Positions 16,529-28,266 of a stretch of 55,251 nucleotides of DNA are shown here, in pieces. The translations under genes and the position numbers were made by a program. The notes beneath the pieces are model-generated. The model did not search any database, was not told the origin of the DNA, and was given only the letters and a program-made list of their open reading frames with translations. How positions within the stretch are numbered: the stretch's first letter is position 1; each line of letters opens with the position of its first letter. The stretch is from Nitrospirota bacterium (GTDB lineage Bacteria; Nitrospirota; RBG-16-64-22): positions 1 to 55,251 of the forward strand of contig JACPZO010000065.1 in NCBI GenBank assembly GCA_016195465.1. The letters are read 5' to 3'.

Positions 16529-18394
16529 ATGCCAAAGGACCTTTTCCCAAAACTATGTCGGCCTGACACACTGAAGATTGCCGCAAATTACGTTCACGAC
16601 GACAAGAAGGACGACTTCATTCCGGACACTTTTAGAAACCAGGACTACATCTTCAATCTGGAAGAGAACCTGACCCGGCTAGCGCAGTCTCTGAGAAATG
16701 GCACCTATCGCCCCCGCCCCCTGAAGGAGATCGACGTTCCGAAAGGCGGCTTGGCCGTCCGCCCCGGAAGTTCGCTCGACTTCGAGGACCACGTTGTTCT
16801 GTTCGCGATTGCCTACCTGCTGGCACCGATCATGGACAGCGTCTTGTCAAAGAGCGTCTATCATTTCCGCGTCAAGAAGAAGGGGAAACGCCCGCATCCC
16901 GGCAAGCTTTTCCAGAATGAAGGCCCTGTTCTCGTTCGGAGAGAGGTCCGTCAAGATCTTCGGATCTTCGGCGACTGGTATGAGGCATGGCCCGAGTTCG
17001 TTGCCGAAGCGCAGAGCATCTACGAGCAGGAAGGATTCAGCTTCATGGTTGAATCCGACATCAGCGCCTATTTCGAGAACATCAGCCATCCACTACTTGC
17101 CGATATTCTCCGTCAGTGCGCTCCAAGCCAACTGCACCTGATAAACCTCTTGATGGAGATGCTTTCGTTCTGGGCCACGCCATCCTTGGCCGGTTACAGG
17201 CCCCAGCGCGGCATCCCGCAAGGTAACGAGGTTTCGAGTTGGCTCGGGACTCTGTACCTGGTGGAAATGGACACGGAACTTTTCAAACTTCAGCGCAAGG
17301 GATTGATAAAATATGTCCGGTACGTGGATGACCTCAAGATCTTCACGAAGGACCGCAGGAGCGCGCGATCCGTCATTTTCACAATCAACCGGATTCTGCG
17401 GTGCCTGCATCTAAACATGCAGTCAGCCAAGACGGAAATCTTTGAGGGCGAAGAGGTCCGAAAGCGGCTTTACGACGAAGGTGTTGCCCAGGTCACGGAG
17501 ATCATAAATGGACTACCGGAGGACCCGACGAAGATAACGCGCAAGCAAAAGCGGGACGCGGAGGCGGCAGTCCGGCCAGTTTTCAGAAGCCGATTTGCCT
17601 ACAAGCGGGAGATGGGGAAGGAAGACCTCCGGCTGTTCAAAAGGACGCTTACACTGCTGATGCGGATACACTCGCCTATGGCCGTCAGGCAGTCGCTTAA
17701 GTGGATTTGGAGACAACCGGCGTTGACGGAGAAGGTCTCCCGATATCTCTCCGCCTGGATGGGCCGCAAGTCAGTGCGGGCTGGCGTGGAAAGCGCCCTG
17801 TTGGGCGAGGAAGAACTTTTCGACTCCCAGTATCTTTACCTCTTGCCGATGTTCAGGCGTTCCCCGGTGCTGAACTCCAGACACAAGCGCCCCCTCATGC
17901 GCTTGGGATGCGGCGGGGCCTATCATTGGGCGGTTCGCGCTGAGGCGTTCCTGAGTCTTATTCTGTTCGCTTTGGATGATCGCGATTTCAAGAGGCTCCA
18001 TCGGCGTTACTTCAAGGAAACGTCTGCAACCGTCAGGAAGACAATTCTCACCCTGTTCTTAAAGGCCCCGGATCGCGCGAAGAAGCTTATGTTCTGCGCA
18101 ACCATCCAAGAACCAGAAGAGGAAACCAACCGGTTCCGCAAGTATGTGTGGGCGCTTAAGAACAGCCCAATACTTGGACAACCTGCTCTTGCGGTTCTAG
18201 GGCGGATCGAAAAAGACCCTGCCCGACTCGTTGCGACGCTGTTGACAGCCCTTCAATCGAGCAACATCGAGACTCGGAAAGCGGTTCAGCGGATTGCCGT
18301 CGAACGTCTCGCAGACGCCCCGTCTAAACTTGCGCGAATCGCTTATGAGCGAATTTCCAACGATGGCATGCGCATGATTGAGGGAGGAAAATGA
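16529..18394 (+). CDS. reverse transcriptase (UG/Abi-like, C-terminal alpha-helical-repeat domain)
   Basis: 621 aa. RT motifs are YRPRPLKEIDVPKGGLAVRPG (1-2), ESDISAYFENI (3/A), GIPQGNEVSSWLGTLYL (4/B), YVRYVDDLKIF (5/C, YVDD at 17321-17332) and LHLNMQSAKTEIF (6-7). The last ~300 aa are helix-rich repeats. It starts 6 nt after the MTase stop. Confidence 0.9.
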   Translation: MPKDLFPKLCRPDTLKIAANYVHDDKKDDFIPDTFRNQDYIFNLEENLTRLAQSLRNGTYRPRPLKEIDVPKGGLAVRPGSSLDFEDHVVLFAIAYLLAPIMDSVLSKSVYHFRVKKKGKRPHPGKLFQNEGPVLVRREVRQDLRIFGDWYEAWPEFVAEAQSIYEQEGFSFMVESDISAYFENISHPLLADILRQCAPSQLHLINLLMEMLSFWATPSLAGYRPQRGIPQGNEVSSWLGTLYLVEMDTELFKLQRKGLIKYVRYVDDLKIFTKDRRSARSVIFTINRILRCLHLNMQSAKTEIFEGEEVRKRLYDEGVAQVTEIINGLPEDPTKITRKQKRDAEAAVRPVFRSRFAYKREMGKEDLRLFKRTLTLLMRIHSPMAVRQSLKWIWRQPALTEKVSRYLSAWMGRKSVRAGVESALLGEEELFDSQYLYLLPMFRRSPVLNSRHKRPLMRLGCGGAYHWAVRAEAFLSLILFALDDRDFKRLHRRYFKETSATVRKTILTLFLKAPDRAKKLMFCATIQEPEEETNRFRKYVWALKNSPILGQPALAVLGRIEKDPARLVATLLTALQSSNIETRKAVQRIAVERLADAPSKLARIAYERISNDGMRMIEGGK

Positions 18395-19032
18395 GCGAAG
18401 AAGCAAGGAGATCGTTCGACGGGTCTGACAGGCCCGGCAGGACGGACCGGAGAACCCGCCTGATCCCAAAATACGGCGGGTACCGCGGGCTCCGCAGTTT
18501 CCAAACCGCCCAACTGGTCTATGACGGTACGGTGGTCTTCTGCGGCCGGTTCATCGAAAAACGCTCCCGCACCCACGATCAGATGGTGCAGGCGGCGCGG
18601 AGCGGCGTGCAGAACATCGCCGAGGGGAGCATGGCCTCGGCCACCTCCCGGAAGACCGAACTCAAGCTCACCGGCGTGGCGCGGGCCAGCCTGGAGGAAC
18701 TGCTGCTGGACTACGAGGACTTCTTGCGGCAACGCGGATTGCGCCTCTGGCGCAAGGACTCGCCCGAGGCGCTGGCGGTGCGGAACAAGTTCCGGTCTGA
18801 CTCGTCAGACAAGTCAGACAGGTCGGACAGGCCGGACAAGTCTGACTCTTATTCTATTACCACGGCCACGCCGGAAGCGGCGGCTAACACGCTGATTTGC
18901 CTGATCAACCAGGCGAGCTATCTTCTGGGGCGGCAATTGCAGAAGCTGGAAGAGCAATTCCTGAACGAGGGCGGATTCACCGAGAAACTGTACAAGGCGC
19001 GAACGGAACAACGGCGGGGAGATTTCAAGTAA
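18391..19032 (+). CDS. four-helix-bundle protein (23S rRNA IVS / Avd family) with an SD[KR] repeat linker
   Basis: YRGLRSFQTAQLVYDGTVVFCGRFIEKRSRTHDQMVQAARSGVQNIAEGS...ARASLEELLLDYEDFL matches the four-helix-bundle (TIGR02436-like) pattern. ATGA overlap with the RT stop, and a GAGGGAGG Shine-Dalgarno inside the RT 3' end. Confidence 0.8.
   Translation: MSEEARRSFDGSDRPGRTDRRTRLIPKYGGYRGLRSFQTAQLVYDGTVVFCGRFIEKRSRTHDQMVQAARSGVQNIAEGSMASATSRKTELKLTGVARASLEELLLDYEDFLRQRGLRLWRKDSPEALAVRNKFRSDSSDKSDRSDRPDKSDSYSITTATPEAAANTLICLINQASYLLGRQLQKLEEQFLNEGGFTEKLYKARTEQRRGDFK
18796..18849. repeat. six tandem 9-nt units (TCNGACNNG) encoding SDS-SDK-SDR-SDR-PDK-SDS
   Basis: The units are TCTGACTCG TCAGACAAG TCAGACAGG TCGGACAGG CCGGACAAG TCTGACTCT. 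A shorter related run lies at 18424-18450, near the 5' end of the same gene. Confidence 0.85.
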
Positions 19033-22000
19033 TGCCGACGCATGACATCATTGACAACCGAACCGAGAAGCTGGTGGACCACCTGAAACGGATTCTCGAG
19101 ACCAGCGAGCGGGCGCGGTTTGCGGTCGGCTACCTTTTTCTCTCCGGCCTGACCAGCGTTGCCAAACGGCTTCTAAATCTGAAGGAACTCCGCCTGCTGA
19201 TCGGCAACACGACCAACAAAGAGACCGTCGAGCTATTGGCTGAAGGATACAAGCGGCTGGACCTGGCCGCCGAGGAGATCGAGAAACAGGTCTATCCGAA
19301 ACGCTCGGAAGCCGGGAAGATTGCTAAGGAGACCGCGGGCAATCTGCGGAATTCAGTCGAATGGATGGACCAGACGGACGACGCGCAGGGGTTGATCGCC
19401 GGGTTGATCCGCATGATCGAAGAAAAGCGCCTGAAAGTTTGCATTTACACGAAGGGCCGACTCCACGCGAAGGCGTACATCTGCGACTACGGCAAGGTGT
19501 TTGACCTGGTGGGCAATGAAGTTGAGCGGCACGAGAAGGGGATCGCGGTCGTCGGCTCCTCGAATCTCACTCTGGCCGGTCTCACCCACAACACCGAGTT
19601 AAACGTCCTGGTCCAGGGCAACCAGAACCACAAGGAGCTTGTCCGCTGGTTCGACGACCTCTGGAAGGAGGCGCAGGAATTCGATGAAACCCTGATGACC
19701 GAGCTCAAGGCATCCTGGGCGGCGGCGCAGGTCCGGCCCTACGACATCTACATGAAGACGCTCTACGCTCTTGTGCGCGACCGGCTCGAGAACGAGGACG
19801 AGCAGGAGTTGCTTTGGGACGACGACATTTTCCGCAAGTTGGCGAGTTTCCAGAAGGTGGCCGTCCGGCAGGCCATCCAGATCGTCCGCGACTACGGCGG
19901 CGCGTTTGTGTCCGACGTGGTGGGCCTGGGCAAGAGCTACATCGGGGCGGCGATCGTGAAGCACTTCGAGCGCACCGAACACGCGCGGCCGCTGATCGTC
20001 TGTCCGGCCCCGCTCGTGGAGATGTGGGAGCGGTACAACGAGGTTTATCAGCTCAATGCCCGCGTGCTTTCGATGGGATTCCTGCGGGAAGACGAGGAAG
20101 AAGGCGTTGCCCGGCTGCTCAACCGCTACAAGGACCGCGACTTCGTTCTCGTGGACGAAAGCCACAACCTCCGACACCCGGACACGCAGAGGTACAAGAT
20201 CGTACAGACGTTTCTTTCGACGGGACGGCGTTGCTGTTTCCTCACGGCCACGCCTCGGAACAAGAGCGCATGGGACGTTTACCACCAAATCAAGCTGTTT
20301 CACCAGGACGACCGGACGGACTTGCCCGTTGATCCGCCGAACCTGAAGGAATACTTCAGGCTCATTGACAGGACCGAGCGCAAACTTCCCGACCTGCTGG
20401 CCAACATCCTCGTTCGCAGAACGCGCCAGCACATACTGCGGTGGTACGGATTCGATGCCGAAACGCACGAGCCGGTTGATCCGAGCCGATTTCGGGACTA
20501 CCTGGAGGGCAAGCGAAAGGTTTACGTGCTGGTCGGCGGGAAACACCAGTTCTTCCCCAGGCGCGACCTAGAAACGATTGAATACAGCATCGAAGACACC
20601 TACCAGGGCCTTTATCATGAGTTGCGCGGCTTTCTTGGCAAGCCCCGGAAGGGCAAACCTCCCAAAACCGCCCCGGTCGGCGAGATCACCTACGCGCGAT
20701 ACGGTCTCTGGCACTACGTGAACGCCGAGAAGCAAAAGAAAGAGCCTTACACGAATCTTCAGCGGGCCGGGGCGAACCTGCGCGGGCTGATGCGCATCCT
20801 GCTCTTCAAGCGGTTTGAGTCCAGTGTTTATGCCTTCCGGGAAACGATGAAGCGGCTCCTGAAGATTCATCAAGCCTTTCTCAACTCGTTGGACGCGGGC
20901 GTCGTTCCTGCGGGCGAGGACGCGCAGGCCATCCTTTACGAAAGCGATATCCTGGAGGAAGGCGACCTTGTTGACGCACTCCGGGAGGTCTCGAAGCGGT
21001 ACGACGCGAACGACTTTGACGTGAAGACGCTTCGGATGCACATCGAGCACGATATTGAACTGCTTCAGAAGATACTGGAACTCGTATCCCCGATTACGCC
21101 GGACAAGGACGCGAAGCTCCAAATGCTGAAAAAGAGGCTCGCCGACAAACCTTTGAGGGGGGCGAAACGCTTGATCTTCACGCAATATGCGGACACCGCG
21201 AAGTACCTCTTTGCCAACCTGAATTCCGATGGAAAGGACGCGGAGGTCGAGGTCATCTTCAGCGGCGACAAGAGCAAGGAGAGGATCGTCGGCCGCTTCG
21301 CGCCCAGAGCGAACCCCGAGTATCGTTTCTCCAGGGGCGAGGCTGAACTGATGACAGTGATCGCGACCGATGTCCTGGCTGAAGGGTTGAACCTACAGGA
21401 TTGCGACAACATCATCAACTACGACCTCCACTGGAACCCCGTCCGGCTCATCCAGCGTTTCGGCCGCATCGACCGGATCGGGTCGGAACACGAGCGCATT
21501 TTCGGATTCAACTTCCTGCCCGAGACGGGCATCGAGGCGAACCTGAAGCTTCACGAAAAACTGGAACGACGCATTCAGGAGATTCACGACACCATCGGGG
21601 AGGATTCCGAGATTCTGGACCGAACGGAGAGACTGAACCCGGAGGCCATGTACGCGATCTACGAGACCCGCGGTGGCGCGCCCGCGCAGTTGGATTTGTG
21701 GGGGGGCGCGGAGGACGAGTTTCTTGACCTGAACGAAGCGGAAGAAATCCTGCGGCAGTTGCAGAAGGATGATCCGGCGGCATATGAGCGGGTTGCGAGT
21801 CTTCGGGACGGCATCAGAACGGCCCGGTTGTCCCCGCAGCGCGGGTTGTTCGTTTTCTGCCAGGCCGGGCGCTATCAGCAGTTGTTCCTGCTCGATGAAA
21901 AAAACGAGGTTGTTTCCCGGGACGTTCCGAAGGTGGTCGGCGCGGTCAAGTGTGCCCCGGACACCAAAGCCGCCCCGTTGCCGGACGGGTACAACAAGGC

Positions 22001-22373
22001 CGTCATGGCGGTACAGAAAAAATTCGCGGAAGAAGTCCGGCACCGCGAAGCCGAGCGGACATACACCGCGAATCTCACGCACGGGCAGCTTTACGTTCTC
22101 CGGGAGATGCGGATCCTGTTCGAAGCCACGCAAGACGAGGACGTCAAGCGGCATGTCAACGTCATGGAGAAGGTCTTTCGCGGCTCGTTGACGGGCGCGG
22201 TCAAACGCGAACTGAACCAACTGCGCCGCAACGGCGCGACGGGCGAAAGCCTGCTCAAGCACCTGATTCGAATCTATGACCAGCACAACCTGAAGGATGC
22301 CTCAGCCCGGCGAAGCCTCGAAATGGCAGACCGGCCGATTCCCCGGATCATTTGCAGTGAGGCCTTCGTTTAG
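19032..22373 (+). CDS. PLD-family nuclease domain fused to an SNF2-family helicase
   Basis: Starts MPTHDIIDNRTEKL (TAATG overlap with the upstream stop). Single HKD motif RLHAKAYICD (19464-19487) plus VGSSNLT. Helicase motifs are VGLGKSY, LVDESHNLR, FLTATP, ATDVLAEGLNLQD and WNPVRLIQRFGRIDRIGS. 1113 aa. Confidence 0.9.
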   Translation: MPTHDIIDNRTEKLVDHLKRILETSERARFAVGYLFLSGLTSVAKRLLNLKELRLLIGNTTNKETVELLAEGYKRLDLAAEEIEKQVYPKRSEAGKIAKETAGNLRNSVEWMDQTDDAQGLIAGLIRMIEEKRLKVCIYTKGRLHAKAYICDYGKVFDLVGNEVERHEKGIAVVGSSNLTLAGLTHNTELNVLVQGNQNHKELVRWFDDLWKEAQEFDETLMTELKASWAAAQVRPYDIYMKTLYALVRDRLENEDEQELLWDDDIFRKLASFQKVAVRQAIQIVRDYGGAFVSDVVGLGKSYIGAAIVKHFERTEHARPLIVCPAPLVEMWERYNEVYQLNARVLSMGFLREDEEEGVARLLNRYKDRDFVLVDESHNLRHPDTQRYKIVQTFLSTGRRCCFLTATPRNKSAWDVYHQIKLFHQDDRTDLPVDPPNLKEYFRLIDRTERKLPDLLANILVRRTRQHILRWYGFDAETHEPVDPSRFRDYLEGKRKVYVLVGGKHQFFPRRDLETIEYSIEDTYQGLYHELRGFLGKPRKGKPPKTAPVGEITYARYGLWHYVNAEKQKKEPYTNLQRAGANLRGLMRILLFKRFESSVYAFRETMKRLLKIHQAFLNSLDAGVVPAGEDAQAILYESDILEEGDLVDALREVSKRYDANDFDVKTLRMHIEHDIELLQKILELVSPITPDKDAKLQMLKKRLADKPLRGAKRLIFTQYADTAKYLFANLNSDGKDAEVEVIFSGDKSKERIVGRFAPRANPEYRFSRGEAELMTVIATDVLAEGLNLQDCDNIINYDLHWNPVRLIQRFGRIDRIGSEHERIFGFNFLPETGIEANLKLHEKLERRIQEIHDTIGEDSEILDRTERLNPEAMYAIYETRGGAPAQLDLWGGAEDEFLDLNEAEEILRQLQKDDPAAYERVASLRDGIRTARLSPQRGLFVFCQAGRYQQLFLLDEKNEVVSRDVPKVVGAVKCAPDTKAAPLPDGYNKAVMAVQKKFAEEVRHREAERTYTANLTHGQLYVLREMRILFEATQDEDVKRHVNVMEKVFRGSLTGAVKRELNQLRRNGATGESLLKHLIRIYDQHNLKDASARRSLEMADRPIPRIICSEAFV

Positions 22374-22610
22374 CGAGCAGGGGACGGCCTGTGGATTCCG
22401 ACGCATTTTGCTCACCGCTCCGATGCGTATCGGGGCGCTTTGGGGACCCGGCCGTTTTGGACTTTCGGGGACTTTCGTTTATCTCATTACCGACGGACGG
22501 CGGGACATGCAGACGTTGCTCGCACGACGGCTGTTCGGGACGTGACAAGTTCGTACCTATCGCCGAAAGACGAATTTCGGGTTCTTGCGGACGAGGCTGC
22601 GCTTCTAACT

Positions 22611-26136
<3,526 letters not shown>

Positions 26137-26146
<10 letters not shown>

Positions 26147-27093
26147 CGGCGGCCCGCCGCGTTCTGCGCATCGAGGCGGAGGCGATCCGCCGCCTCATTC
26201 CGCGCCTCGATCACCACTTCGAGAAGGCCGTGGAGACGCTCGATCAATGCCGCGGGCGCGTCGTCGTCACGGGCATGGGCAAGTCGGGGATCATCGGCCG
26301 GAAGATCGCGGCGACGCTCGCGTCCACCGGGACGCCGGCGCTGTTCCTGCACGCTGGGGAAGGGCTACACGGCGATCTCGGCATGGTGGCCCGGGGGGAT
26401 GTCCTGCTCGCCGTCTCGAACAGCGGGGAGACGGCCGAGATCATCCGCCTCCTCCCGCTCGTCCACCGGCTCCGTATCCCCGTGATCTCTTTTACGGGAG
26501 ATCCTCGTTCCACGCTCGCCCGCCGGAGCCTGGTCAGCCTCGACGTTAGCGTCGAGAAGGAGGCCTGCCCGATGAACCTGGCCCCGACGGCCAGCACGAC
26601 GGCGGCCCTGGCCCTGGGGGACGCGCTGGCGGTCGCTCTCCTCGAGCGGCGCGGCTTCGAGCCCGAGGACTTCGCCCGTTTCCACCCGGGGGGGAGGCTG
26701 GGCAAGCTCCTCCTCACGGTGGAGGACGTGATGCACCGGGGGCGGGAAGTTCCCGTCGTGACGGCCGACGCGCCGATGAAGAAGGCCATCGCGGAGATGA
26801 CGGCGAAGAAGCTCGGGATCACGACGGTCGTCGACGGACGAGGCCGGCTCGCCGGCGTCGTCACGGACGGAGACCTCCGGCGGGCGCTGGAGCGGGACAT
26901 CCCCATCGCCGACCGCACGGCGGGCGAGATCATGGGCCGGAACCCCAAGACGATCGCGAAGACGGACCTGGCGGCGCTGGCCGTGGCCCGGATGGAGGAA
27001 CACCAGATCACGGCGCTGATCATCGCCGGACGGGGCCGGAAGGTGGAAGGGATCATTCACCTTCACGATCTGATGAAGGCGGGAGTCGTGTGA
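26137..27093 (+). CDS. kdsD: arabinose-5-phosphate isomerase (KpsF/GutQ family)
   Basis: A SIS domain ([27 protein letters not shown]) is followed by tandem CBS domains. Confidence 0.9.
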
Positions 27094-27662
27094 GGGCGCG
27101 ACCCGCGCCGCAAGCGCGAATCGCCCGCGGGCCTTCTCTTCGCGCGCGGGCCGCGCGGATCCGTCTCCTGGTCCTCGACGTGGACGGCGTGTTGACCGAC
27201 GGCCTGATCCGGTTCGAACCGGGAGGGGGCGAAACCAAGACGTTTCACGTCCGGGACGGCCACGGCCTGGTGGTGGCCCAGCGGGCGGGGATCGGCGTGG
27301 CGCTCGTGAGCGGCAGAACGTCGCGCGCCGTGGATCTGCGGGCGAAGGAACTCGGGATCCGGGACGTTCATCAGGGGTGTCGGGAGAAAGCGGCCGCGCT
27401 CGTGAATCTTCGGCGGAAGTGGAAAGCCGCGCCCGAGGAGGTCGCCGTGATGGGGGACGATCTGGTCGATCTTCCCCTGTTCCGGGAGGCCGGACTGTCG
27501 CTCGCCGTGTCGGACGCCCCGGCCGAAGTGCGGACGCGGGCCGATTGGGTCTCTCGGAGCCCCGGCGGGCGGGGGGCCGTGCGCGAGGCGGTCGAGATGC
27601 TGTTGAAGGCCCGCGGAAGCTGGGACGCGATCGTTCGGTCGGAGGCGGAGGGAAGGCGTTGA
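27090..27662 (+). CDS. kdsC: Kdo-8-phosphate phosphatase (HAD-IIIA)
   Basis: LLVLDVDGVLTDG...HVRDGHG and GDDLVDLP show the KdsC pattern. GTGA overlap with kdsD. Confidence 0.85.
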   Translation: MRARPAPQARIARGPSLRARAARIRLLVLDVDGVLTDGLIRFEPGGGETKTFHVRDGHGLVVAQRAGIGVALVSGRTSRAVDLRAKELGIRDVHQGCREKAAALVNLRRKWKAAPEEVAVMGDDLVDLPLFREAGLSLAVSDAPAEVRTRADWVSRSPGGRGAVREAVEMLLKARGSWDAIVRSEAEGRR

Positions 27663-27711
27663 TATTCCGGCAGGGAATGCTAGAATTCGTTTCAGACACC
27701 GGGCCGGGAGG

Positions 27712-28266
27712 ATGAACCTCCCGAACCTGCTGACGTCCTTGCGGCTCGTCCTGGTCCCCGTCTTCGTCGTCCTGTTCGAAGCGGGCAACCCGGCGCGCGC
27801 CGGCCTGGCCGCGGCCGTGTTCGCGGTGGCCGTCGCGACGGACTGGCTCGATGGGTACGCGGCCCGCCGGAGCGGCCAGACGACGCGCATCGGGAAGCTC
27901 CTCGATCCGATCGCGGACAAGATCCTGATCGCGGCGGCCCTGGTCATCCTCGTGGACGCGGGGCGTGTCGCGTCCTGGCTGGCGGTCCTTCTCATCGGCC
28001 GGGACTTCGTCGTGACGGGCCTTCGGTTCGTGGCGGCGACGGGAGGGCAGATCATCGCCGCGGACGCCGGGGGAAAGGTGAAGATGGGAGTCCAGACGGG
28101 GGCGTGCTTGCTGCTGATCGGGTCCGACGCGGTCGTCGGATTCCCGGCCGAGACGATCGGAACGCTCGGGCTGTGGGCCTCGCTGGTCCTGTCCTACTAC
28201 TCGGCCGTCCGATACGTCCGCCAGTACGGGGCGGCCCGCGTGCAGCAGGGAGGATCGAGATCGTGA
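27712..28266 (+). CDS. pgsA: CDP-diacylglycerol--glycerol-3-phosphate 3-phosphatidyltransferase
   Basis: MNLPNLLTSLRLVLVPVF together with the CDP-alcohol motif DWLDGYAARRSGQTTRIGKLLDPIADK. Confidence 0.88.
   Translation: MNLPNLLTSLRLVLVPVFVVLFEAGNPARAGLAAAVFAVAVATDWLDGYAARRSGQTTRIGKLLDPIADKILIAAALVILVDAGRVASWLAVLLIGRDFVVTGLRFVAATGGQIIAADAGGKVKMGVQTGACLLLIGSDAVVGFPAETIGTLGLWASLVLSYYSAVRYVRQYGAARVQQGGSRS

Noticed and set aside
16529-18394. A retron or group II intron RT
   Set aside because: No msr/msd-like inverted repeats or intron RNA domains are adjacent. The gene is flanked by a 6-nt gap and a 4-nt overlap. No maturase/X or endonuclease domains were recognised.
16529-19032. A diversity-generating retroelement (RT plus Avd-like protein), possibly diversifying the MTase specificity domain
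   Set aside because: There is no intergenic space for a template repeat. I saw no ~100-nt near-repeat (TR/VR) between the MTase 3' end and the RT/4HB region. RT motif 4 (QGNEVSS) and the long helical tail are not DGR-like. An exhaustive self-alignment would still be needed to exclude it fully.
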